Shown here: in pieces, positions 52,084 to 61,664 of the stretch
Layout: every line of letters begins with the position of its first letter
Position numbering within the stretch: position 1 is the stretch's first letter
NCBI GenBank assembly: GCA_965216725.1
Contig: CBDCGI010000001.1
Span: forward strand, 36,595 to 100,594
Source of the DNA: Acidimicrobiia bacterium
Lineage (GTDB): Bacteria > Actinomycetota > Acidimicrobiia > Spongiisociales > ZC4RG35
DNA: 64,000 nt
Direction: 5' to 3'
Made by a program: the position numbers and the translations under genes
Notes under the pieces: model-generated
What the model was told of the DNA's origin: nothing
Seen by the model: only the letters and a program-made list of their open reading frames with translations
The model's database searches: none

Positions 52084-53249
52084 TGGGCCCACAAGAGGCC
52101 GACTCCTTTCGGGATCGACGGGCTGCATACGTGCACATCCCGTTCTGTTCGGCCGTCTGCCCCTATTGCGATTTCGCCGTGGTGGCCGGACGCGACGATC
52201 TGACCGGCCGCTATATCGAGGCTTTGATCGCCGAGATTGGGATGTCGGCTCCTTTGGGCGAGCTGGCCGCCGTCTATTTCGGTGGTGGCACTCCGAGCCA
52301 TGTGTCGCCTGACCTGCTGGGACGGGCATTGGTGGAACTCGGCCACAAACACGGGCTGGACTCATCCGCAGAGGTCAGCGCAGAGATCAATCCCGAGGAC
52401 TTCTCAGTCGAGCTCGGTATCGCTCTCAAGGGTCTTGGGTTCAATCGCCTCAGCTTCGGCGCCCAGAGTCTCGACAATCGGATCCTCGCCTCTCTGGGCC
52501 GTCGACATCAGGCTGAGCAAGTGCTTGCAGCCGTTGCCAGCGCTCGCGATGCGGGATTCGAGAACGTCTCGATAGACCTCATATTCGGCACGCCGGGCGA
52601 GTCCGAGCGCTCTTGGTCTCGGACTCTGGAATCCACAGTCGAGCTGGGTGTAGATCATGTGTCGTGTTACGCCTTGACGGTGGAGCCGGGAACGCCTCTG
52701 GGTCGTGCCGTAGGCGCCGGAGCTGCCGCACCCGACTCAGATCTCCAGGCCGATTACTACGAGCGAGCTGATGCGACGCTGACAGCGGCCGGCTACCAGA
52801 GATATGAAGTATCCAATTGGTCACGGTCCGGGAGAGAGTGTCACTACAACCTCGTCGTGTGGGCTCAAGGTTCGTATGAGGCTTACGGAAACGGTGCCCA
52901 TCGTTTCGTCGACGGGCGGAGGGAGAGAAACATTCGGCATCTCGACACCTACGTCGAAACTGTTGAGTCTGGACGGCGACCGGTCGCCGGCGGTGAGCTG
53001 GTTGCCGGTTGGGAAGCCGAGATCGACCGGCTATTTGTCGGCCTCAGGCGGACCGTCGGTGCCGTGGCTGGTCGGGGCGGGAAGGCCATGCTGGCGAGCG
53101 ACCACGGAAGGCTTCTTGCAGAGTTGGGGGTGTTAGAGGCCCGCAGCGGCCGGCTGCGAGTGGCGAAACCGCTCTTGACCGATGAAGTCCATCGCGCCGT
53201 CTTGTCGCTGGCACCACCCGAGAACCACACCGGCACCGATAACGTATAG
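52083..53249 (+). CDS. hemW: Radical SAM heme chaperone
   Basis: YVHIPFCSAVCPYCDF, GGGTPS, YEVSNW, HYN; lepA-hemW-hrcA context. Confidence 0.88.
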   Translation: MGPQEADSFRDRRAAYVHIPFCSAVCPYCDFAVVAGRDDLTGRYIEALIAEIGMSAPLGELAAVYFGGGTPSHVSPDLLGRALVELGHKHGLDSSAEVSAEINPEDFSVELGIALKGLGFNRLSFGAQSLDNRILASLGRRHQAEQVLAAVASARDAGFENVSIDLIFGTPGESERSWSRTLESTVELGVDHVSCYALTVEPGTPLGRAVGAGAAAPDSDLQADYYERADATLTAAGYQRYEVSNWSRSGRECHYNLVVWAQGSYEAYGNGAHRFVDGRRERNIRHLDTYVETVESGRRPVAGGELVAGWEAEIDRLFVGLRRTVGAVAGRGGKAMLASDHGRLLAELGVLEARSGRLRVAKPLLTDEVHRAVLSLAPPENHTGTDNV

Positions 53250-53253
53250 GTCG

Positions 53254-54255
53254 ATGCTCGAAGACCGCCGTTCCGAGATCCTGAGGGCACTCGTCGAGGA
53301 GCACATCGCGACAGGCGAGGCGGTGAGCTCGCGCGCCATCGTCGAAAAGGCGAGGCTCAACGTGTCGACCGCAACCGTTCGCAACGACCTGTCCGCTCTG
53401 GAGAATGAGGGATTTGTCGTCCAGCCACACCGATCCGCAGGGAGAATCCCCACAGCAACCGCATACCGGTACTACGTGGACCACCTCGGTCCGTCGCGAT
53501 TGCGGGCGGCGTCGCAGGCGAAGGTTCAATTGTTCTTCAGCGACGTCCATTTCGAGCTGTCCAAGCTGCTCGCCGCGACATCCGATCTTCTCGCCGAGAT
53601 CACCGATCTCCCGGCGATAGTGGTTTCTCCCGACATGGGAGGCGACACGGTGCGAGCAGTTCACGCGGTCCAAGTTCTCAACGACCAGATTCTCGTTGTC
53701 TTGGTCACAGAAGGCGGTCGGATCCACCAGCAGCGGGGCCGAACCCGCGTTCCGGTTACGCCTCTCGAGGTGGAGGAAGCGCAGCGAATCCTGGCAGAAG
53801 CTGTTGTCGGCACCGCTCTCGGCTCCGATTTCGTCGTTTCCTCGGACAGCCTCAATCCCCACCCTGAACCGGTTCGAGAGGCTGTCCACACCATCTCGGA
53901 CTGCATCCATCTCGTGGCCACAACTTCCAAAGAGGTGTACGTCGGAGGTACTCAGCGGTTGGCGGGTGCCTGGGAGGATCTGACCTCACTTCGTCAGGTG
54001 CTGAACGTCCTGGAACGGGAGGCCGAGCTCATGAAACTGGTTGCGTCGGCGGCCGAGACCTCAATCCAGATTGGTGCGGAGCTTCCCGTGTCTGATCTGG
54101 ATATGGCAGTCGTTGCCAGACGTTACGAGACGGGGACTGCCGGTGGCTCCGTTGGCGTTATCGGGCCTATGCGGATGAACTACAAGCGCGCCATCTCCGC
54201 AGTGGAAGAGGTGACTCGCGAGCTCGAGGACCTCATCGGATCCGAGACCGAATAG
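53254..54255 (+). CDS. hrcA: Heat-inducible transcription repressor
   Basis: VSTATVRNDL..LE..G...QPHRSAGRIPT..YRYYVD, GVIGPMRMNY. Confidence 0.93.
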   Translation: MLEDRRSEILRALVEEHIATGEAVSSRAIVEKARLNVSTATVRNDLSALENEGFVVQPHRSAGRIPTATAYRYYVDHLGPSRLRAASQAKVQLFFSDVHFELSKLLAATSDLLAEITDLPAIVVSPDMGGDTVRAVHAVQVLNDQILVVLVTEGGRIHQQRGRTRVPVTPLEVEEAQRILAEAVVGTALGSDFVVSSDSLNPHPEPVREAVHTISDCIHLVATTSKEVYVGGTQRLAGAWEDLTSLRQVLNVLEREAELMKLVASAAETSIQIGAELPVSDLDMAVVARRYETGTAGGSVGVIGPMRMNYKRAISAVEEVTRELEDLIGSETE

Positions 54256-54258
54256 GCC

Positions 54259-55326
54259 GTGGCTGACTACTACCGGATTCTCGGGGTGGACCGCGAGGCG
54301 ACTACCGACGAGGTGAAAAAGGCATTTCGCAAGATTGCCAGAGAGACTCATCCTGATGCGAACCCTGGTGACCCCGAAGCCGAGGCACATTTCAGGGCCG
54401 CCGCCGAGGCTTATGAGGTCCTCTCGGACCCGGATCGAAGAAGACGATACGACCGAGGCGACACCTTTGATCTGTCGTCTTTGTTCGGCAGTGGCGGCTT
54501 AGACGACATCTTGCGTTCGGTATTTGGAGACGGCGGCCTTTTCGGGGGACGGCAGGCACGCCCGCAACGAGGTAGGGATGTCCTCGTTCGGGTCGAGATC
54601 GGTCTCGAACAAGCCGCATTCGGAGCCGAGACACCAGTGTCGTACTCAACCCGGCTCGAGTGCCCCCAATGCTTGGGAACGGGCGCAGAAGATCCCGGAA
54701 ATGTCGTGGTATGCCCCGAGTGCGGAGGCGCAGGCTCGCTGCAAGCTGCACGACGATCCGTGTTCGGGACGATGATGACCGTCACCACATGTCCCGTCTG
54801 CGCCGGCGAAGGCTCGGTGATCAGCCGGCCCTGCTCCATGTGTGCCGGCTCTGGCGCAATCGAAAACGACACGAGCCTCAATGTCGAGATTCCCGCAGGG
54901 ATCACATCCGGGACGCGGCTACGACTCAACGGTCGGGGAGAATCGGGAGGGAGGAATGGCGCCTCAGGCGACTTGTACGTGGAGGTCCACGTGGCATCCC
55001 ACGAGACCTTCAGCCGAGTTGGAGACGATCTGGTGGTGAATGCGACAATCGGGATTGCGCAGGCCGCCCTGGGGAAGAGAATCGCCGTTCCTCTTCTCGA
55101 GGGTGGGGAACTGGAGCTCGACATTCCCGGCGGCACTCAACCGGGCACGGTCTTCCGCAATACCGGACTGGGAGCAACCAGGCTCGGCAGGCGGACACGC
55201 GGCGATCTCCTGGTCGAGGTAAAAGTCGAAATCCCCGAAGCGCTGACAACCGAAGCGATGGATCTCCTTGCCAGGTATGCCGAGAAGGTAGGGGAGCCAA
55301 TCGATCGCCCCACCAAAATCGGTTGA
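54259..55326 (+). CDS. dnaJ: Chaperone DnaJ
   Basis: J domain with HPD; four CxxCxGxG repeats. Confidence 0.93.
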   Translation: MADYYRILGVDREATTDEVKKAFRKIARETHPDANPGDPEAEAHFRAAAEAYEVLSDPDRRRRYDRGDTFDLSSLFGSGGLDDILRSVFGDGGLFGGRQARPQRGRDVLVRVEIGLEQAAFGAETPVSYSTRLECPQCLGTGAEDPGNVVVCPECGGAGSLQAARRSVFGTMMTVTTCPVCAGEGSVISRPCSMCAGSGAIENDTSLNVEIPAGITSGTRLRLNGRGESGGRNGASGDLYVEVHVASHETFSRVGDDLVVNATIGIAQAALGKRIAVPLLEGGELELDIPGGTQPGTVFRNTGLGATRLGRRTRGDLLVEVKVEIPEALTTEAMDLLARYAEKVGEPIDRPTKIG

Positions 55327-55967
55327 TGGGACACCGGCCGCATCTCTTCCTCGGCGAGACATGGGCAGATAACCAGATTCCGGTCTCTTCGGACCAAGTC
55401 CGTCACCTGGAGAAGGTGCTCAGGAAGAGAGGGCCGACCTCGGTGACCTACACCGACGGCAGCGGGACAATGGGTGAGGGAATCTACGCAGGCGGGCAGG
55501 TGACTCGCGGCGAAGAGCGGTCAGTGGATCGTTTATCGCAGGTGGTGGTGGCGGTGGCACCCCCAAAAGGCAAGGACCGTCAACGCTTCCTCGTCGAGAA
55601 GCTGCAAGAGCTGGGCGCCAAGCGGCTCATTTGGCTCAATGCGACATTTGGAGAAGGAACACCGCCCAGGGCCGAGCGGTCCCGAGCATGGGCCGCAGAG
55701 GCTCTGCAGCAGTCGCGCGGATCCTGGCTCATTGGCGTCGAGGACTCCCTCTCGGATTGGTCGACACTCCCAGGTCCGCTGGTTGTTTGCGACCCAAGCG
55801 GTTCGAAACGGCCCATCGAGGCGAAAACGGTGGTGATCGGCCCCGAAGGCGGCTGGGCGCCCGGTGAAATCCCTGATGGTGCTGAGACCTGGTCGCTCGG
55901 TCCCAATGTGCTCAGAGTTGAAACTGCCGCGGTGGTTGCTGTTTCGCGTTGGGCACATCAATGGTAA
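55326..55967 (+). CDS. rsmE: 16S rRNA m3U1498 methyltransferase
   Basis: HLEKVLR, EKLQELG, IGPEGG, LGPNVLRVETAA. Confidence 0.9.
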   Translation: MGHRPHLFLGETWADNQIPVSSDQVRHLEKVLRKRGPTSVTYTDGSGTMGEGIYAGGQVTRGEERSVDRLSQVVVAVAPPKGKDRQRFLVEKLQELGAKRLIWLNATFGEGTPPRAERSRAWAAEALQQSRGSWLIGVEDSLSDWSTLPGPLVVCDPSGSKRPIEAKTVVIGPEGGWAPGEIPDGAETWSLGPNVLRVETAAVVAVSRWAHQW

Positions 55968-56017
55968 TGACGGGCCCCGCGCGGTAGTCTCTAGGCGGGC
56001 TTAGGGAGAGCGTTGGT

Positions 56018-56428
56018 TTGACAGACGAATTCAGCGCTTCCTTGGGGGGCAGGCTGCGCGCCGCAAGGCGTCAACGAGGTTGGTCCCTCGGGGAGGTCGA
56101 AAGCTTGACCGAAGGTGAGTACAAGGCGTCCGTCGTGGGCGCCTACGAGCGCGGAGAAAGGGCGATCAGCGTTCAGAGATTCGTCCGGCTCGCCGAGATC
56201 TACCAGGTAGAGGCAGCAAGCCTTCTGCCAGCCAACGGCGACAGCTCAGGGGTCATCATCGATCTCGACCTGGTGTCGGGGGAAAGCGGTGACGATCTCG
56301 TGGATCGCTACCTGGCGGCAATTCAGCTGCTTCGTCGCGACGAGAACCCGCATGAGGTCCGAGACAGCGACAAAGCACTCATCGCTTCCCTTCTCGAGTC
56401 TTCGCAGAAGGCAACCACCAGGACCTGA
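56018..56428 (+). CDS. bldD: BldD-like XRE transcriptional regulator
   Basis: LGGRLRAARRQRGWSLGEVE...KASVVGAYERGERAISVQR matches the BldD DNA-binding domain; C-terminal RYLAAIQLLRRD...RDSD. Confidence 0.75.
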   Translation: MTDEFSASLGGRLRAARRQRGWSLGEVESLTEGEYKASVVGAYERGERAISVQRFVRLAEIYQVEAASLLPANGDSSGVIIDLDLVSGESGDDLVDRYLAAIQLLRRDENPHEVRDSDKALIASLLESSQKATTRT

Positions 56429-56505
56429 CTCCGACCGATAACAGTGGTCGAAATCCCGACAGCGGGTAGAATCTTGGCTGACGTCGCAGTGTTGACGTCG
56501 TTCTT

Positions 56506-57477
56506 TTGTCCTCAGATCAAACCGAATCACGTTTGCGCGTGCCCAGCCAGCATCTGATGCTGGAACTGCTTGGCGACGCGGACCGGCACCTCCGACAGAT
56601 AGAGGAGAACTTCCCCGAGGTGCGATTTGTCGCGCGCGGCGACGAGATCGCTCTCGTCGGTGACCAATCCGACGTCGGTCTCGCCCGAACCGTCCTCGAC
56701 GAGCTCTTGATCCTCGTTCAGGAAGGACAAGCCCTCGATACCTCCCGTGTCACCGAGGTGGTGCACATGGTGAGGAATGACGTTCCGAGCCCGTCAGGCG
56801 TGCTCCGCGACGGGATTCCGGTCGGACGCGGTCGCATGATCCGCCCCAAGACCCACGGCCAGCAGCGGTACATCGAGGCGATCAGAGAGAACACGCTGAC
56901 TTTCGGCATCGGCCCCGCCGGCACCGGCAAGACCTATCTGGCGATGGCGGCAGCGGTGGATTCGCTGGTGAACGGTCGTGTGCGGAGGATCATTCTCACC
57001 CGACCGGCCGTTGAGGCCGGAGAGCGCCTCGGGTTCTTGCCGGGAGACCTCACTGCCAAAGTGGACCCGTATCTTCGTCCTTTGTACGACGCTTTGTGGG
57101 ACATGCTCGGCCCGATGGAGACGGCGGATCTGATCGACCGGGGAACCATCGAGATAGCCCCGCTCGCTTATATGAGAGGTCGAACACTCAACGATGCGTG
57201 TGTGATCCTGGATGAAGCACAGAACACGACGCCGGAGCAAATGAAGATGTTCCTGACGCGCCTCGGCTTCAATTCCAAGATGATCATCACAGGTGACGCC
57301 ACCCAGACCGACCTGGGTGACAACCGTGCTTCTGGTCTCAAGGTCGTTCGCGAAATCCTCCGGGAGATACCTGGCGTCGCCTTCGTCGAGTTGGGGGCAA
57401 GAGACGTTGTGCGACATCGCATAGTGGCGTCGATTGTCGAGGCGTATGCCGCTTACGACCGAGGAAAGACGTCGTGA
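56506..57477 (+). CDS. phoH: PhoH-family ATPase
   Basis: GPAGTGKT, RPAVEAGERLGFLPGD, YMRGRT, DEAQN, DVVRH. Confidence 0.93.
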   Translation: MSSDQTESRLRVPSQHLMLELLGDADRHLRQIEENFPEVRFVARGDEIALVGDQSDVGLARTVLDELLILVQEGQALDTSRVTEVVHMVRNDVPSPSGVLRDGIPVGRGRMIRPKTHGQQRYIEAIRENTLTFGIGPAGTGKTYLAMAAAVDSLVNGRVRRIILTRPAVEAGERLGFLPGDLTAKVDPYLRPLYDALWDMLGPMETADLIDRGTIEIAPLAYMRGRTLNDACVILDEAQNTTPEQMKMFLTRLGFNSKMIITGDATQTDLGDNRASGLKVVREILREIPGVAFVELGARDVVRHRIVASIVEAYAAYDRGKTS

Positions 57478-59987
57478 GCCGTCCGTGGGTCATCAGGGTT
57501 GCCACATTCTTGGCGACTGTGGTTGCAGCGTGGGGCGTTTTGTCCTGGGGCACCGAAGAAGCGTCGACCGAGCTTCAGGTGGGTGACCCAGCAGATCAAA
57601 CGTATGAGGCGCAACGCGCAGCGACCGTTGTCGATTCCGCCGAGACCGAACGGCTCCGGCAAGAGGCACGGGACGGTGTCGAGCCCATTTTGAGTCGAAG
57701 GAGTGACGTCGAAACCGAAGTCTTTGCCCTGATCGAGGCTCTCTTTGGCGACGTGGCCCAGATGACTGTCGCTTCCACTCCCGAGATCGAACCACCTCCC
57801 ACAACAAGCTCGACTACCACTACGACCCAGGCACCGCCCCCGGAAGGGTCCTCGACGACGACCACCGTGCCGCCGGCTCCGGCACAGCTGACGGGGACGG
57901 TGTACCTGGACGTTGATGGCGACGGAGCTTTCAACCCGGAGGCCGAAGGCCCTCAGGCTGATGTCGGCCTTTCGGGTGCCTTGGTCGAGGTGTCCACCCA
58001 TGGGCAATCATTCGTCGCCGAAACCGACAGTGCCGGGGTGTGGTTCGCCGAAACTGACGCTGGGACCTCCATTGTGACCGTTGACATCGGGGCCGAGGCG
58101 GTACCCGACGGTTTTGTCATCGGAACCGACAATCGAAGCCAGACGATCACTTGCGGGTCTGACGACTTGTGTGAGTCGGAGGCAGTCGGCCTGGTGGCCA
58201 ACGTGAAGTCGACGGATGAAATCGTCGCCGAGTTCACCGAGCGCTATGCCTCCTTCTCGCTCGACACCGCTCAAACCCTCGCGATGGCCGCCAGGGACGA
58301 TGTCGTCGCCGCCGCTCTCAACCAACCGAGCCACCTTGCCGTGATCTCGAACGCAGCGGTCAACAGGGCCCAGCAGGAGTTCGGATTCTTGATCCGAGTC
58401 GAAGATCTCGCCGACGCCCGTGCCCGACAGTTGACCAACTCCCCCCGCGTCTTCTATCTGGATCAGCCTGATGACCTGGGCGGCGAGGCGGCGGGCGAGA
58501 TCGTTGCCGAGTATCTCGCCCCGAACTATCTCGAAGACGAAGAGCAGACGAACGCCGCGAGAGACAGGGCGGCGGCCGAGGTAGACCAGGTAGAGGTCGA
58601 GTATCGGCCTAGCCAGGTGATTGTGGTCGAGGGCGAGACCATCACCGCACTCCAGTTACAAGCCCTTCAGGACACGGGGGCGTTGGTCAGTCAGGTGCAG
58701 GCGCAAGGCGGGCTTTTGGCGGTGCTAGCGATCCTGGTTGCGGTCCTGGCCCTCTATCTCAACCGATTCCGGTCCGAGCTTTGGGCGCGTCCGAGGATGG
58801 TGGCTCTAATGGGGATCCTCGTCGTCGCTGCTGCGGCGGCGGTCAGGGCCACGGTGCTCATAAGCGAGGAGACCAGCCTTTACGTGCTTCCGGCGGTGGC
58901 CTTTGGGCTGATGACCGCCGTGTTGTTCGACCAGCGGATCGCCGTTCTTATGGCGGTGGCTGTAGGAGTTCTGACCGCAGCCGGGACCGGCGATCTCGGA
59001 ATCACTGTTTACGCCGTGCTGGCGACCCTGGCACCGATCCCGTTTGTCAGCGCTGTCAGCAGTCGTGGGTCATTCCGTACTGCCGTGGTTTTCTCTAGCT
59101 TCACAGCAGCTGCCGCTGCCGGGGCTACAGCTTGGCTCTTCCACCTCGGGGCCAACGACTCTGCGCTCGAGGTGGTCGGCCTGGCGGCCCTTTGGGCCTT
59201 CGGGATCTCGGCCGTTGCATCACTTGTCGGGTTGGCTGCTCTTCAGTTCTTCGAGTCTGCCTTCGACATCACGACCTCGCTCAGTCTCCTCGATCTGACC
59301 GATCGCAACCATGAGGCCCTCCAATTGCTCCAGGACAAGGCCTTCGGCACCTTCAACCACTCATTGATGGTGGGGACTCTCGCCGACGCCGCGGCCCGGG
59401 CGATAGGGGCCAACGCGTTGCTGGCGCGCGCGATGGCCTACTACCACGACCTCGGCAAGACGGAGAATCCCAGCTACTACATAGAGAACCAATTTGGCAT
59501 CCCCAATCCCCACGATGAGTTGTCTCCGGCCGAGTCGGCCGAGATCATTCGCGGGCATGTCACCGAAGGTGTCCGGCTCGCACGTCGTTACAAAATCCCG
59601 TCCGAAATTGCTGCAGCCATCGTCAGTCACCACGGTGACGGTGTCATGAGGTACTTCTACGAAAAGGCAAGATCCCAAGATCCAGACGTCGACCCATCCC
59701 TTTTCCGCCACATCGGGCACAAGCCCCGGACCTCCGAGACGGCGATCGTGATGCTGGCAGACTCCCTCGAAGCCGCCTGCCGCGCCGTGTTCCAGACCGA
59801 AGAGCCCAACCCCGAGTCGATCGAGAAGGTAGTCAACCGGATCGTCGACGAGAAGCTGAGCGACGGCCAGCTTTCTGAATCTCCCCTGACCCTTGCCGAC
59901 CTCACGAAAGTGAGAAGGGCCTTCCTCGAGTCGCTCGTCGGCCATTACCATCAGCGCATCGCCTACCCGAACTTTCCCGGAAGCTGA
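57474..59987 (+). CDS. 7TM-HD (PgpH-like) phosphohydrolase with an extracellular SdrD-B-like insertion
   Basis: N-terminal TM, large extracellular region, 7TM block, GTFNHS, YYHDLGK, ENQ, HHG, LADS.EAA. Confidence 0.85.
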   Translation: MSRPWVIRVATFLATVVAAWGVLSWGTEEASTELQVGDPADQTYEAQRAATVVDSAETERLRQEARDGVEPILSRRSDVETEVFALIEALFGDVAQMTVASTPEIEPPPTTSSTTTTTQAPPPEGSSTTTTVPPAPAQLTGTVYLDVDGDGAFNPEAEGPQADVGLSGALVEVSTHGQSFVAETDSAGVWFAETDAGTSIVTVDIGAEAVPDGFVIGTDNRSQTITCGSDDLCESEAVGLVANVKSTDEIVAEFTERYASFSLDTAQTLAMAARDDVVAAALNQPSHLAVISNAAVNRAQQEFGFLIRVEDLADARARQLTNSPRVFYLDQPDDLGGEAAGEIVAEYLAPNYLEDEEQTNAARDRAAAEVDQVEVEYRPSQVIVVEGETITALQLQALQDTGALVSQVQAQGGLLAVLAILVAVLALYLNRFRSELWARPRMVALMGILVVAAAAAVRATVLISEETSLYVLPAVAFGLMTAVLFDQRIAVLMAVAVGVLTAAGTGDLGITVYAVLATLAPIPFVSAVSSRGSFRTAVVFSSFTAAAAAGATAWLFHLGANDSALEVVGLAALWAFGISAVASLVGLAALQFFESAFDITTSLSLLDLTDRNHEALQLLQDKAFGTFNHSLMVGTLADAAARAIGANALLARAMAYYHDLGKTENPSYYIENQFGIPNPHDELSPAESAEIIRGHVTEGVRLARRYKIPSEIAAAIVSHHGDGVMRYFYEKARSQDPDVDPSLFRHIGHKPRTSETAIVMLADSLEAACRAVFQTEEPNPESIEKVVNRIVDEKLSDGQLSESPLTLADLTKVRRAFLESLVGHYHQRIAYPNFPGS

Positions 59988-60024
59988 TGGACGACCCCTC
60001 GAGTCGAAAACCCATGGCTCGCCA

Positions 60025-60489
60025 GTGAGCGTCTTCCTGGCGGATGAACAAGGCCAGAATGTCGACCTCATCGGTTTGAGAAGTCTCGCCGAGCTGGTCT
60101 TGAAGGAGGAGTCCTACCCCGATTCTGCCGAATTGACGGTGCTCCTAGTCGAGGAAGGCGAGATGGCCTCCTACAACGCGAGGTTTCTCGAGCGGGATGG
60201 CCCTACTGATGTTCTGGCCTTCCCGGTTGAGGATCTCGAGGCGGGTCGCGTGCCGGATCTCGATCCGTCGGGACCACCTCTGATACTGGGCGACGTGATC
60301 ATCTCACCTCCGTACGTAAACCGTCAGGCCGAGGAACTTGGCGTGCGATTCGAAGACGAGATGGCTCTGATGGTCACACACGGCACATTGCACCTTCTCG
60401 GCTACGACCACGTCGCCGACGGGGACGCCGAAGTCATGGAAAGCCGCGAACGAGAGCTGCTGGCCCTCGTCGGAAAGACGAGGAGATGA
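60025..60489 (+). CDS. ybeY: rRNA maturation endoribonuclease
   Basis: PTDVLAF, LGDVII, HGTLHLLGYDH. Confidence 0.93.
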   Translation: MSVFLADEQGQNVDLIGLRSLAELVLKEESYPDSAELTVLLVEEGEMASYNARFLERDGPTDVLAFPVEDLEAGRVPDLDPSGPPLILGDVIISPPYVNRQAEELGVRFEDEMALMVTHGTLHLLGYDHVADGDAEVMESRERELLALVGKTRR

Positions 60490-61664
60490 TGCCGGCAGTC
60501 ACCGGTCTGTCTGTGCTGGCGCTTCTCGTGGCCTTCTGGCTGCGAGCCTCCGCTACCGCACTAACCCGTGTGCCCCGGGCAGATGCCCTCCGCGACGCCT
60601 CGGATGGCGTCCCCGGGGCGGCGAAGGTGGCCGCTCTCCTCGAAGACCGAGAGATCATCAACCCGGCGGTGGGAGTGGCGGCGTCGGCCCTGTTGGTGTT
60701 GTCGGCGGTGCTGGGTGTGGCGGTGTTCTCCGACGACCGTGACGCCGGCGAGACCTTGGGCATGGCCTTGGTGGTTGGAATGGTGGTCTTCCTGGTTGGC
60801 GATTTGATTCCGAGAGGTGTCGGGCGGAGGGCATCCAGGCCGCTGGCATATCGGTCGGCACGAGCGATAGCGGTGGCCATAGCGGTCGGGGGATGGGCCA
60901 ATGATCTCCTACCCGAGGAGGAGGTGGACGACCCAGAAGCTCAGGAAATCGAAGACGAGTCGGACGAGCAGGAACGGGACATGATCGACTCTGTTCTCGA
61001 GTTCGGCGAGACCATCGTCCGCGAGGTGATGACCCCGCGTCCGGATATGACGAGCGTTGAGGTGACCGCCCGGCTCGACGAGTTGGTAACACGTGCCTCC
61101 GAAGCCGGGTTCTCCAGGATCCCGGTCACCAGCGAGGGAGACGTCGTCGGACTGGTCATCGTCAAGGATCTCCTCCCCGCCTTGTCCGAAGGACACAAGC
61201 CATTGCTGGCGGAGGTGATGCGACCCGTGGAGTTCGTCCCGGAAACCAAACTCGCATCGTCCTTGCTTGCCGAGATGCAGGAGTCGCACACGCACATGGT
61301 GGTGGTCGTCGACGAATACGGAGATGTTGCCGGTCTGGTCACCATCGAGGACTTGCTGGAGGAACTCGTCGGAGAAATCGCTGATGAGACTGATGAAGAG
61401 GAGACGTTCATCGTCGCCAACGGCGAGCAGAATTGGGTTGTCGACGCCCGTCTGGCGGTTGACGATCTCGCAGACGCTGCCGGTATAGAGCTTCCCGGAG
61501 AAGCCTGGGACACAGTCGGCGGGCTGGTGATGGGGCTCGCAGAACGCGTTCCTGAAGAAGGTGAGACGTTCGCGCACGGCGGTCTGGCACTCACCGTGCT
61601 GAAGATGCAGGGTCGGCGCGTGTCAGAAGTAGAGGTCTCCGTCGACGAGGTGGTCGACAGCTGA
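60486..61664 (+). CDS. Hemolysin/CorC-family CNNM-CBS protein
   Basis: TM region, VREVMTPR, FSRIPV, VDEYG..GLVTIEDLLEELVGEI, CorC_HlyC tail. Confidence 0.88.
   Translation: MMPAVTGLSVLALLVAFWLRASATALTRVPRADALRDASDGVPGAAKVAALLEDREIINPAVGVAASALLVLSAVLGVAVFSDDRDAGETLGMALVVGMVVFLVGDLIPRGVGRRASRPLAYRSARAIAVAIAVGGWANDLLPEEEVDDPEAQEIEDESDEQERDMIDSVLEFGETIVREVMTPRPDMTSVEVTARLDELVTRASEAGFSRIPVTSEGDVVGLVIVKDLLPALSEGHKPLLAEVMRPVEFVPETKLASSLLAEMQESHTHMVVVVDEYGDVAGLVTIEDLLEELVGEIADETDEEETFIVANGEQNWVVDARLAVDDLADAAGIELPGEAWDTVGGLVMGLAERVPEEGETFAHGGLALTVLKMQGRRVSEVEVSVDEVVDS

Noticed and set aside
53180-54260. CIRCE operator near hrcA/dnaJ
   Set aside because: No TTAGCACTC-N9-GAGTGCTAA match seen; the genes are tightly packed in an operon
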